Assembly: GCA_964638895.1 (NCBI GenBank)
Contig: CAZWYY010000002.1
Span: forward strand, 1,626-65,625
DNA length: 64,000 nt
Source: an uncultured Spirochaetaceae bacterium
GTDB lineage: Bacteria; Spirochaetota; Spirochaetia; SZUA-6; RPPD01
Direction of reading: 5' to 3'
The position numbers and the translations under genes were made by a program. This document shows positions 49,236 through 57,949 of the stretch, one piece after another (position 1 is the first letter of the stretch; the number at the start of each line of letters is the position of its first letter). The notes beneath the pieces were generated by a model, which saw only the letters and a program-made list of their open reading frames with translations, searched no databases and had not been told where the DNA came from.

Positions 49236-49685
49236 ATGGAAATATTTCTATTTATAATAGCGTGCCAGTTGGTGTGTTTTTTAGTGCTGTATGTATTGTT
49301 AAAAAAAAGACTGGACAAGCAGTACTCGTATGATGCACAAATCGGTAAGATTGAGAGGGAGGTTGAGAAGATTATTACGGAGTTGAACAGGACCACCGAG
49401 CGAAACATAGGGATTCTGGAACATAAGATAGCTGAAATAGAGAAACTGATGACGGCCACGGACAAACGCCTTGGGGTATTGAAGCGTGAAAGTGAAAAGC
49501 ACGACCTCAGTCAGAAGATCTATACGAATCTAGCACCTGCGGCCGCACACAATAAAAGCAGGAATATAAAGGAAGAGGTGATGAGGCTGTACGCAAGCGG
49601 ATTCCCTTCAGGGATGATCGCCAATCAGCTTGGTACGTCAATCGGAGAAGTGGAACTGATAATTTCCCTGGCGGGAAAAAGCTAA
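49236..49685 (+). CDS. Hypothetical protein with an N-terminal transmembrane helix, a coiled coil, and a C-terminal helix-turn-helix-like motif.
   Basis: 149 aa. The C-terminus LYASGFPSGMIANQLGTSIGEVELIISL resembles a sigma region 4 or LuxR-type helix-turn-helix. Confidence 0.4.
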   Translation: MEIFLFIIACQLVCFLVLYVLLKKRLDKQYSYDAQIGKIEREVEKIITELNRTTERNIGILEHKIAEIEKLMTATDKRLGVLKRESEKHDLSQKIYTNLAPAAAHNKSRNIKEEVMRLYASGFPSGMIANQLGTSIGEVELIISLAGKS

Positions 49686-49769
49686 AAAAATATACGCCGC
49701 AGGGCATGAGCATAAAAAAAATGCATACCCGGTTTTCCGCCTCGCGAGGGAGGGGAATTTGATCCCGCC

Positions 49770-49800
49770 TTGACAATTTAATAAATAATAGGTATATAAT
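49770..49800 (+). promoter_or_regulatory. Sigma-70-type promoter, TTGACA-17-TATATAAT, upstream of ffh.
   Basis: CCTTGACAATTTAATAAATAATAGGTATATAAT, about 25 nt before the ffh ATG. Confidence 0.4.
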
Positions 49801-49826
49801 CATAGTTTAGAATATGCGGTAAGGCA

Positions 49827-51158
49827 ATGTTAGACAGGTTAAGCGGCAAACTGACAGATATTATCAGACACATTAGCGGAAAAGCGGCCATCAGCGAGAA
49901 AAACGTGGAAGAGGCTATCAACGAGATTAAAATAGCCCTGCTGGAAGCCGATGTCAATGTACGCGTTGTGCGCCGATTCATCAACAATGCCATGGAAGAC
50001 TCACTGGGCGCCAGGGTGCTGAGCGGCGTTACGCCCAGCCAGCAATTTATAAAAATAATCCACGATAGAATGGTCTGGCTGCTGGGCGAAAAAAAGGAGG
50101 AGCTGGCATTAAAAGGCCCGGATACCGTTTCGGTTATCCTTTTTTTGGGTTTGCAGGGCTCGGGAAAAACAACAACAGCCGCCAAACTGGCGTTCTTGCT
50201 GAAAAAGCGCGGCAGGAAGGTGCTGCTGGCGGCGGCGGACCTGGTAAGACCCGCGGCCGCGGAGCAGTTGGATATCCTGGGGCGGCGCATAGACGTGGAG
50301 GTGTACCGGGAAGAAAACTCCACACCGCTTAAGGTGGTGAAAAACGCGCTGAAGCACGCGCAGAAAAATCAGCTGGATACCGTGATTATCGACACATCCG
50401 GCAGGCTGCACATTGATGAGCGGATGATGGAAGAAATTCGCGCCATAAGCAGGGTCGCGGCGCCGGATGAATCCATACTGGTTGCCGACGCCATGACCGG
50501 GCAGCACGCGGTGGATATTGCCAGGGAGTTCAACGACAAGGTGGGACTAAGCGGCGTTATTCTCACCAAGTTCGATTCCGATACACGGGGCGGGGCCGCG
50601 CTTTCCATCAAGAATATTACGGGGAAACCCATAAAGTTTATCGGTGTGGGAGAAAAGGAAGAAGATCTGGAAGAGTTTTACCCGGAGCGTATTGCCTCGC
50701 GTATTCTGGGCATGGGTGATGTGGTGACCCTGGTGGAAAAGGCGCAGGGGGCCATAGAAGAAAAAGAGGCGGAGGTTTTACAGAGAAAACTGGAGTCTAA
50801 AACATTTGATTTCGAGGATTATCTTGACCAATTCCGCCGGGTGAGGAAGATGGGCAGCATTCGTTCGTTGATCGACCTGATTCCCGGACTAAAAGGCAAT
50901 GTGGATCCCGATCAACTGGATATGGATGAAATTAAACGGGAAGAAGCCATCATCCTGTCCATGACGCGTAAGGAGAGGAAAAATCACAGGATAATCGGCC
51001 CGAGCAGGAGGAAAAGAATAGCACGCGGTTCGGGAACGGCGGTATTCGACGTGAACAAACTACTGAAAAAATTTGAAAAGACCAAGAATATGATGCAAAA
51101 AGTAAGCAAAAACAAGAATTACCAGACACAGATGATGTCTCGTTTAGGAATGCAATAA
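49827..51158 (+). CDS. ffh: Signal recognition particle protein Ffh.
   Basis: N-domain (LTDIIRHISGKAAISEKNVEEAINEIKIALLEADV), G-domain (GLQGSGKTTTAAKLA) and an M-domain tail. Confidence 0.95.
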   Translation: MLDRLSGKLTDIIRHISGKAAISEKNVEEAINEIKIALLEADVNVRVVRRFINNAMEDSLGARVLSGVTPSQQFIKIIHDRMVWLLGEKKEELALKGPDTVSVILFLGLQGSGKTTTAAKLAFLLKKRGRKVLLAAADLVRPAAAEQLDILGRRIDVEVYREENSTPLKVVKNALKHAQKNQLDTVIIDTSGRLHIDERMMEEIRAISRVAAPDESILVADAMTGQHAVDIAREFNDKVGLSGVILTKFDSDTRGGAALSIKNITGKPIKFIGVGEKEEDLEEFYPERIASRILGMGDVVTLVEKAQGAIEEKEAEVLQRKLESKTFDFEDYLDQFRRVRKMGSIRSLIDLIPGLKGNVDPDQLDMDEIKREEAIILSMTRKERKNHRIIGPSRRKRIARGSGTAVFDVNKLLKKFEKTKNMMQKVSKNKNYQTQMMSRLGMQ

Positions 51159-51173
51159 AGGAGGACCTAAGGT

Positions 51174-51419
51174 TTGAGCGTAAAAATCAGGTTAAAAAGA
51201 TTGGGCACGAAAAAGAAACCGTATTACAGAATCGTTGTAATGGATTCACGCGCGCCCCGTGACGGCAGATCGCTTGAGGAGGTCGGATTTTATCATCCGA
51301 TCGAGGTTGAGGAGAAACAACTGCTGATCAAGGACGATCGTGTGAAGGAATGGCTGGAAAAGGGAGCCAGACCCAGCAATACCGTTAAAAGGCTTTTGAA
51401 ACGTAAGAATATACAGTAA
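51174..51419 (+). CDS. rpsP: 30S ribosomal protein S16.
   Basis: [33 protein letters not shown] start after an AGGAGGA ribosome-binding site. Confidence 0.9.
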   Translation: MSVKIRLKRLGTKKKPYYRIVVMDSRAPRDGRSLEEVGFYHPIEVEEKQLLIKDDRVKEWLEKGARPSNTVKRLLKRKNIQ

Positions 51420-51457
51420 GTAGGTAAAATTCATTTAATATAAGAAAGGAGATCATT

Positions 51458-51691
51458 GTGGAGAAAGAGCTTGTTGAGTACATAGCGAAAGCACTGGTTG
51501 ATAACCCGGAAGGGGTAAATGTAAATGTAATCGAAGGAGAAAAGTCGACAATTCTGGAGCTGAAGGTTTCAGATGGCGACATCGGCAAGGTCATCGGTAA
51601 ACACGGGAGAATTGCCAAGGCAATCAGGACGATTCTAAGCGCCGCAGCCACAAAAAAGGAGAAGAGGGTAGTATTAGAGATTCTGGATTAG
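51458..51691 (+). CDS. KH-domain RNA-binding protein (YlqC/UPF0109).
   Basis: [18 protein letters not shown] matches the KH GxxG loop. It lies between rpsP and rimM, in the same position as Bacillus ylqC. Confidence 0.8.
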   Translation: MEKELVEYIAKALVDNPEGVNVNVIEGEKSTILELKVSDGDIGKVIGKHGRIAKAIRTILSAAATKKEKRVVLEILD

Positions 51692-51705
51692 ACAATTTAG
51701 TCGCG

Positions 51706-52191
51706 GTGGGGACGGTTCTCTCGAGTCACGGTGTGAGGGGGTTCTTTAAGGTAAAGAGCTTGTCGGGAGAAACAGGGCACTATGTAAAATTTAAGAAGGT
51801 GTATTTTCGGAAAAACGACAAATATGAAATGTTTGCCGTAGAAAAACTACAAGAGAAGCGCGGTGTGCTTTTCATGAAGGTTGCGGGTATAGATACACCG
51901 GAGATAATAAAAAAATATTCCGGTTGTGAAATCTGGGTGCCGGGCAGGTACGCAAACCGGTTGGCAAAAGGTGAGTACTATATAAAAGATCTTTGTCAAT
52001 GCAGCATATTCTATGAGAACAAAAGGGTGGGATATGTAAAGGCCGTGTATGAAGCGGGGAACGCGGATTTGCTTGAGGTAGAGGGCAAGGACGGTAATAT
52101 ATTCATGATACCGTTTCAGGAACACTTTATCGGTGAGGTTGATGCGGGAATGAAGCGGATTGAACTGAAAGAGGACTACATTCTGCAGTGA
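51706..52191 (+). CDS. rimM: Ribosome maturation factor RimM.
   Basis: VGTVLSSHGVRGFFKV is the RimM N-terminal motif. It lies upstream of trmD. Confidence 0.85.
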   Translation: MGTVLSSHGVRGFFKVKSLSGETGHYVKFKKVYFRKNDKYEMFAVEKLQEKRGVLFMKVAGIDTPEIIKKYSGCEIWVPGRYANRLAKGEYYIKDLCQCSIFYENKRVGYVKAVYEAGNADLLEVEGKDGNIFMIPFQEHFIGEVDAGMKRIELKEDYILQ

Positions 52192-52895
52192 TCATTACCA
52201 TAATTACCCTTTTCCCCGAGGTATTTGATGAATTCCTAAAGAGTTCAATCATCGGCAGGGGAATTGAAAAGAAACTGCTTAAGGTAAAGCTTGTCAGGCT
52301 GCGGGACTACGCGCTTGATAAACATAAGACATGTGACGATACGCCCTTCGGCGGCGGCGCGGGCATGGTGCTTAAGGCTGAACCCTTGGCGCGTGCTTTA
52401 AGAAAGGCCGGGGCCGGGCGTAAGAGGGTCATCTATCCTTCGCCCGGGGGCAAACTCCTGCGGCAGCCCATGCTGAGGGAGTTTGCCGCGCTAAGAGAAA
52501 TTATCATCATATGCGGGCATTACGAGGGCATAGATCAAAGGATCATTGATACCTTTGTGACCGATGAAATATCGATAGGCGATTATGTTGTTTCCGCCGG
52601 TGAAACGGCCGCCATGGTGTTGGTTGACGCGATTACGCGGCTTATAAACGGGGTTATCAGCAAAGAGTCATTGGAAGAGGAGAGTTTTCAGGACGGGCTT
52701 CTGGAATACCCGCACTATACGCGGCCCAGGAAGGCGCTGGGACTGGAGGTGCCGGAGGTATTGTTGAGCGGGAATCATGAGGAGATCAGAAAATGGCGTC
52801 TTGTCCAAAGCATAAAAAAGACTCAGGAGAACAGGCCTGATTTGTTAAAAAATAAATTATTAAGGCGGAAGGGAGAAAAAAATGGATCTTATTAA
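52188..52895 (+). CDS. trmD: tRNA (guanine37-N1)-methyltransferase TrmD.
   Basis: SPOUT-family motifs [14 protein letters not shown] and [14 protein letters not shown]. Confidence 0.9.
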   Translation: MIITIITLFPEVFDEFLKSSIIGRGIEKKLLKVKLVRLRDYALDKHKTCDDTPFGGGAGMVLKAEPLARALRKAGAGRKRVIYPSPGGKLLRQPMLREFAALREIIIICGHYEGIDQRIIDTFVTDEISIGDYVVSAGETAAMVLVDAITRLINGVISKESLEEESFQDGLLEYPHYTRPRKALGLEVPEVLLSGNHEEIRKWRLVQSIKKTQENRPDLLKNKLLRRKGEKNGSY

Positions 52896-53388
52896 AGCAT
52901 GTGAGGCTCTACAGCTGAAAGAAGATACGGCGGATTTTAATATCGGAGACACCGTAAAGGTACACTTTAAAATTATAGAAGGAAAAACCGAACGCGTACA
53001 GGTTTTTGAAGGCTTGTGTATCGCCAAGAAGAACAGCGGACTGCGTAAAACCTTTACCGTACGTAAAATATCCTACGGCGTGGGTGTGGAAAGGACCTTC
53101 CCTCTGCACTCTCCAAAAGTCGTTACCGTTGAAGTGGTACGCGTGGGTAGGGTGCGCAGGGCCAAGCTATATTATATCAGAAACCGGGTGGGTAAAGCGG
53201 CAAAGGTAAAAGAGTTAATTCAGAAAAAAGACGCAAAGGATACTTCGAAAAAAAAGAAACCCTCCGTGATAAAGAGTGAGGAAAAGGCCATGGCACAGGC
53301 AGCCATAGAGACGGAAACCGTCGTAAAACAGACGCCGGCGCAGGAAACGGCGTCCGCCAAAAAAGCGGAGAACGAGAAAAAAGCATAA
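52882..53388 (+). CDS. rplS: 50S ribosomal protein L19 with a K/A/E-rich C-terminal extension of about 50 aa.
   Basis: L19 core ([41 protein letters not shown]) followed by a [24 protein letters not shown]... tail. Confidence 0.9.
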   Translation: MDLIKACEALQLKEDTADFNIGDTVKVHFKIIEGKTERVQVFEGLCIAKKNSGLRKTFTVRKISYGVGVERTFPLHSPKVVTVEVVRVGRVRRAKLYYIRNRVGKAAKVKELIQKKDAKDTSKKKKPSVIKSEEKAMAQAAIETETVVKQTPAQETASAKKAENEKKA

Positions 53389-53393
53389 TAGTA

Positions 53394-54386
53394 ATGCAAC
53401 CGATCGATATACACAAAAATATCCGGATAGAACGTGACGCCGGATTTCAAAAACAACTGAAGTCAGGCGATGTTGTGTATATCAGTGTTATAAAAAAACT
53501 TGCCCCACAGAAGTGGGCCGTAGGCATCCGCGGCAGAACAGTGCCCGCCTATTCAGACCTGGAGTTGAATACCGGCGACATCATCAGGGCCCGTGTGCGG
53601 TTTGAGGGCGCAAGAATTACCTTACACCTGACGGGCGACGACAACCCTGCGTCCCTGGGAAAAGCGGCCGGTCAGGGGATTACCGACGATGCGCTTTCAC
53701 AGGCCATAATCGGGGGCCTGCTTAAGGGCGGGGTTTCGATCGGTGAAGGAATTGTCGGCAAGATCAGGCACCTGCTCAAAGAACTGAAACGGGAAGACAA
53801 AAGGATCATCTCGCTGCTTGTGCATATTATGAAAAAGGGCATTTCACTTGAGTCTTTGCGGCTCAGTGAATTGGTTTCCGTGCTTGATTACGGTGAGTGG
53901 AAACAGGGCGGCCGGGAGAAGCGGAAAAAGCGGGAAACACCATCACAGACACGCGAGATAAAGCGGGCGCTAAGGGAAGCGGTTAGACGAACGGGCGGGG
54001 ATACGGACAATGTCCTGCCGCTTTTCAACCACCTGTACGCGGAAGGTGAAAACTGGGTCATCGTGCCCTTTGCCTATACACTGGAAGGCATACGACTTGA
54101 GGGCACCATAAGAATGCGTTATGACCGTTATACGGGCGGCATTGACATGCTTGCGGTTATTGTCCGGGCGAATCGGACCGCGCGCTGGAGCTTTTATCTT
54201 GATACACATACCAGGCCTTTCACCTTGAAGGTCTACTGTAATTACACGGAGAATTTGCCGGTATTGGATTTAAAATTAGATAACAACAGGGTGAAAGTTG
54301 ACGATACTATACATAAGGATGAATATTTTGATGGTTTTTCTCCCACGGATGAGATAAACTATAAAAGTATTAATACACTGCGGTAA
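53394..54386 (+). CDS. Hypothetical protein in the YlqG-like position, with a possible FliK-like (Flg_hook-type) C-terminal region.
   Basis: 330 aa. The C-terminal segment NWVIVPFAYTLEGIRLEGTIRMRYDRYTGGIDMLAVIV loosely follows the FliK L-x-L-x-P-x-x-LG-x-V pattern. It is paired with a downstream FlhB C-domain-only gene, as ylqG-ylqH is in Bacillus. Confidence 0.4.
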   Translation: MQPIDIHKNIRIERDAGFQKQLKSGDVVYISVIKKLAPQKWAVGIRGRTVPAYSDLELNTGDIIRARVRFEGARITLHLTGDDNPASLGKAAGQGITDDALSQAIIGGLLKGGVSIGEGIVGKIRHLLKELKREDKRIISLLVHIMKKGISLESLRLSELVSVLDYGEWKQGGREKRKKRETPSQTREIKRALREAVRRTGGDTDNVLPLFNHLYAEGENWVIVPFAYTLEGIRLEGTIRMRYDRYTGGIDMLAVIVRANRTARWSFYLDTHTRPFTLKVYCNYTENLPVLDLKLDNNRVKVDDTIHKDEYFDGFSPTDEINYKSINTLR

Positions 54387-54406
54387 CGGCGAAGGAAGCG
54401 ATATAA

Positions 54407-54658
54407 ATGGAAAAAGCTGTGGCCTTGAAATATACGACGGATTTCCCCGCACCGTTCATACTCGCCAAGGGCAGGGGAGAGTTGGCCGTAAAAATTAAAG
54501 AACTGGCCCGTAAAAATCACATAACGGTTGTGGCAGACGCCCCTTTGGCGGACGGCCTTTACGGATTGGAACTCGGTTCGCTTATTCCGGAGGAGTATTA
54601 CGAAATAATCGCCAAAATCCTTGTGTTCGTGGCGCGTTTCGGGGTACCGCATGAATGA
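54407..54658 (+). CDS. Stand-alone FlhB C-terminal (export-switch) domain protein (YlqH/FhiB-like).
   Basis: 83 aa. AVALKYTTDFPAPFILAKGRGELAVKIKELARKNHITVVADAPLADGLYG-LELGSLIPEEYYEIIAKILVFV aligns with the post-NPTH region of the FlhB in this window (AVALEWERLTMSAPTVTAKGVDIIAQKIKEIAMENEVPVIENKPLARALYGEVEIGEVIPEKFYEVIATILAEI). It has no transmembrane domain and no NPTH motif. Confidence 0.8.
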   Translation: MEKAVALKYTTDFPAPFILAKGRGELAVKIKELARKNHITVVADAPLADGLYGLELGSLIPEEYYEIIAKILVFVARFGVPHE

Positions 54659-55781
54659 GATAGCCCTAAAGGATTTAAAGCCCGGAATGAGATTCGACGC
54701 CCCCGTTTATATAGATGAAAAGAACATCCTGGTGCCTCCGGGTATACCCATCAAGGAAAAAGACATTGAAAGACTGAAAAGATGGGAGATCGGTTCGGTG
54801 CACACAAACGGAAAACAGATAACGGAGATGGAAGAGTCGGCTCCGGAAAAGGCGTCCACGGACATGCTGTTTGAGCTGGAACCTGAAGAGAAGAAGTGTT
54901 TTGATATATACATCCAGGCCCTGACACAACTAACCGAGGTCTTTACGGATATACGTAAACAGACCAAGATAACCCACGATAAAATAGACCGGATTGTAAA
55001 TGATCTATTCCAGCATGTAAAAGAATACAAAAACCAGATGATACAGCTTGTGCTGCAGGCAGATAAGCACGCCGACGATCTGATTACCAACTCGGTCAAC
55101 TGCACCATCATTTCCATCGTGATCGGATTTATTCTTAAAATAATCAGCCACAAGGTACTGCTATTGGCCACCGGCGCGCTGCTTCATGACGTGGGTATGC
55201 TCCGCATTCCTGAGGAAATAGTAAATAAAAAAGACGACCTCCTGCCCAAAGAACTCAATATGATTAAGACACACCCCATTTATTCATACACGATCATTTC
55301 CAAGGAACTGAAGTATACCGATGAGATAGCACAGATAGGACTCTACCACCAGGAGCGATGGGACGGACATGGGTATCCGAAACAGCTTAAAAAAGATACC
55401 ATACCCCTGTTTGCACGGATTGTTGCGGTGGCCGATTCATATGTGGCCATGGTCAAGGGAAGGCCGTACCGAAGCCACATGATAGGGTATGACGCCATCA
55501 AGACCATCATCAGTGATAATTTCAAGCGCTTTGATCCGAACGTGGTAAAGGCATTTCTCAAGGGGATGGGCATTTATCCCATCGGGAGCATTGTGCTTTT
55601 AAACAATGGAGCCATAGGCAGGGTGGTCGAAATAAACGGAGAGGCGCCTTTGCGCCCAAAGCTTGAGATTATCATAGATGAGACCGGAGAGAAGCTGCAG
55701 GAGAGCAGGAAGTTCGATCTGTTAAAAAGAGGTGACAATTTCATTGTACGCGCCATAGACAAAAAGACACTGCAGGTGTAG
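54651..55781 (+). CDS. HD-GYP domain c-di-GMP phosphodiesterase with a DUF3391-like N-terminus.
   Basis: HD motif (LLHDVGM) and GYP motif (HQERWDGHGYP). The ATG at about 54651 overlaps the upstream stop. Confidence 0.8.
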   Translation: MNEIALKDLKPGMRFDAPVYIDEKNILVPPGIPIKEKDIERLKRWEIGSVHTNGKQITEMEESAPEKASTDMLFELEPEEKKCFDIYIQALTQLTEVFTDIRKQTKITHDKIDRIVNDLFQHVKEYKNQMIQLVLQADKHADDLITNSVNCTIISIVIGFILKIISHKVLLLATGALLHDVGMLRIPEEIVNKKDDLLPKELNMIKTHPIYSYTIISKELKYTDEIAQIGLYHQERWDGHGYPKQLKKDTIPLFARIVAVADSYVAMVKGRPYRSHMIGYDAIKTIISDNFKRFDPNVVKAFLKGMGIYPIGSIVLLNNGAIGRVVEINGEAPLRPKLEIIIDETGEKLQESRKFDLLKRGDNFIVRAIDKKTLQV

Positions 55782-55785
55782 AAGC

Positions 55786-56133
55786 ATGAAAAAAAAGGCA
55801 AAGGGTTCGTTAGGCGAAACCATGGCGGTGGAAAAACTTCTGCAGGACGGGTACACGGTATTGGACAAGAACTACCGATCCAAATTCGGCGAGATAGATA
55901 TAATTGCCCTTAAGAACGATACAATCGTTTTTATTGAGGTCAAGGTTTCCGATTATCTTGACAAGGATAATCTGGAGTACAGCATCAATTCAATAAAAAA
56001 AAGGCACATTATAAATACGGCAAAATACTTTTTAATGAATAATATGGCTTATGTGGAAAATTATAAGAGATTTGATGTTATTTTATTTCAAGATAATTTT
56101 GAGAAAATGCATCATATAGTAGATGCGTTTTAG
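55786..56133 (+). CDS. yraN: YraN-family (UPF0102) endonuclease-like protein.
   Basis: GEIDIIALKNDTIVFIEVKV motif. AT-rich codon usage. Confidence 0.75.
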   Translation: MKKKAKGSLGETMAVEKLLQDGYTVLDKNYRSKFGEIDIIALKNDTIVFIEVKVSDYLDKDNLEYSINSIKKRHIINTAKYFLMNNMAYVENYKRFDVILFQDNFEKMHHIVDAF

Positions 56134-56155
56134 ATACAGGGAGTTTAAAAAGAGG

Positions 56156-56290
56156 TTGAAAATCGCCAAGCCTAGCGACAAAGAGAGGTTGGAAGAACTC
56201 AAAAAGAAGATACAAAACAAGGACTACCTGGCTGACGCAATCAATAAAATCGCTCAGAAACTCACCGAGGATTTGGTAGATAAGGAATAA
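56156..56290 (+). CDS. Candidate small protein (43 aa, charged helix). Below the ORF-track length cutoff.
   Basis: TTG start after an AAAAAGAGG ribosome-binding site. Translation is MKIAKPSDKERLEELKKKIQNKDYLADAINKIAQKLTEDLVDKE. The stop lies 3 nt before the next gene's ATG. Confidence 0.25.
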   Translation: MKIAKPSDKERLEELKKKIQNKDYLADAINKIAQKLTEDLVDKE

Positions 56291-56293
56291 CAT

Positions 56294-56677
56294 ATGTCTT
56301 ACAATAACCATAGAAAATCGAATTTTAATCCCCATAGGAACCGGCATAGACGAAACAGGGGAACAAGACATGAAGCGGCAAAAAAAGATTTCCCGCTCTG
56401 CCCATTGTGCAAGGGGCAGATCCGTGAATTGAGTTCGGCCATACAATACCGTGAAACCGGCGAACCGGCCCATTTTGACTGTATACTCAATGTGATTGAG
56501 AAAAACGAAGAGCTGGCTTCACATGAGAAAATATGCTATCTGGGAAACGGGAGTTTCGGTGTAATACGATTTCAAAAGGACCCGTCGGTTTTTCCTTTTA
56601 TTATCAGGAAGAGAATCCAGTATGAGGAACCCCATGAGATTCCTTCCTGGAGAAACACCATTTCAAAAACAAATTAA
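56294..56677 (+). CDS. Hypothetical protein with a basic N-terminus and a zinc-ribbon-like region.
   Basis: HRKSNFNPHRNRHRRNRGTRHE tail, then CPLCKG...HFDC. No recognisable family. Confidence 0.4.
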   Translation: MSYNNHRKSNFNPHRNRHRRNRGTRHEAAKKDFPLCPLCKGQIRELSSAIQYRETGEPAHFDCILNVIEKNEELASHEKICYLGNGSFGVIRFQKDPSVFPFIIRKRIQYEEPHEIPSWRNTISKTN

Positions 56678-56694
56678 ACGTGTAGGGAACGCGG

Positions 56695-57429
56695 CTATTT
56701 GCTATACTGCCTAAGCTCGTCAAGAATTTCCAAGGCCTTGTCTTTTACTACACGGCTGTAATTGCCCTGGGCGATTCGTACCAATGCGCGGTATGCACCG
56801 GGTTCATAGATGCCGTCATTGGCCTTGGCGATTTTACCGAACGCCATCGCGGCAACATAAGCAAAATTATCGTTTGGGGCTATGGCATCCTGGACCTCTA
56901 TGGCTTCGGCCAGGGCTTTGACAATGCGGCCGTCTTCGTCGACACCGATCATGCCCAGCGCGTACGCGGCGTTGGATTTGACGATAGGATCAATGTCATT
57001 TACCAGTACACCGACAAGAATATTCACCGCCTTGGCCTTTGACTTATCGCTTTTTACAAACTGAAGTGCGCTGCAGGCCTGCCCGCGCACCTCGGGAAAA
57101 TAATTTATTATTTTCCCCCGCTGCCTGGGTATGGTGGTTGTGCCTTCACCGGCCAGATGTCCCAAGAGCAGGGTCATGGTATACTCTTCATCCGTGGAGA
57201 CGCCTTTCTTCAGGGAATCTATCACACGGCCTACCGCCCTGAGTTTTGACTCACGGTCGTCCGCCGTCGCCTCCTCATTGATAATCTGCAGTTCCGGATT
57301 TTTAAAGTACAGTTCTTCTATCGGGGGTTCCTTCCCCGTGGTATCCGCGCTGTCGCTTTGGGCAAAAACCACGGCCATAGAGCTAAAAAAATACAGGATA
57401 AACAGCATGCTTAAGGCTTTTGTTTTCAT
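56695..57429 (-). CDS. Secreted HEAT (PBS-lyase-type) repeat protein.
   Basis: Signal peptide (MKTKALSMLFILYFFSSMAVVFA) and HEAT-like repeats (DPIVKSNAAYALGMIG; NFAYVAAMAFGKIAK). Confidence 0.55.
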   Translation of the reverse strand: MKTKALSMLFILYFFSSMAVVFAQSDSADTTGKEPPIEELYFKNPELQIINEEATADDRESKLRAVGRVIDSLKKGVSTDEEYTMTLLLGHLAGEGTTTIPRQRGKIINYFPEVRGQACSALQFVKSDKSKAKAVNILVGVLVNDIDPIVKSNAAYALGMIGVDEDGRIVKALAEAIEVQDAIAPNDNFAYVAAMAFGKIAKANDGIYEPGAYRALVRIAQGNYSRVVKDKALEILDELRQYSK

Positions 57430-57457
57430 TTTTACACTCCATTATAAATATTATAAA

Positions 57458-57949
57458 TTACCATACCCCTATTTCCCATATATTATTGTCGGCCTTTTGT
57501 AACAAATATATCACATAACATGTATTGTTTACAATAGCTATCACCTTTACCCTGTCAGGATCGATAAATTCGATCTTATCCATTTTTATGCCGGTGCGGC
57601 TGGGGATAAACACAAAAAGAAAATAGTCTTTAAGGGTGGAAAGCGTTATGCCCTTGTTTTTAAGGCCGGGTTCCGCGGATATTTGCTTAAGGTAACGGGG
57701 ATCGCTGTATTTATTGATATAAGCGGAGGTAAGAATGCTTTTCCAGGCGTCGTAATCGGCATTGTCCATTATGCGTTGGATTTTTTCAATAAACGCATAT
57801 ATCTCATCGAAGGTAGAGTCATAGATTTCCTTGCTTACCTGGTAGCCGCTCTCCGCGCCGTTTGGGTGATTTTCATCTGCCGTGGTACACCAGCTACAGG
57901 CAAAGGACAGCAGGCATATACCTAAAACATATATCCGCTTTTTCTCCAT
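57458..57949 (-). CDS. Hypothetical lipoprotein.
   Basis: Signal peptide with Cys (LLSFACSWC). Low GC. Co-oriented with the HEAT-repeat gene. Confidence 0.45.
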   Translation of the reverse strand: MEKKRIYVLGICLLSFACSWCTTADENHPNGAESGYQVSKEIYDSTFDEIYAFIEKIQRIMDNADYDAWKSILTSAYINKYSDPRYLKQISAEPGLKNKGITLSTLKDYFLFVFIPSRTGIKMDKIEFIDPDRVKVIAIVNNTCYVIYLLQKADNNIWEIGVW

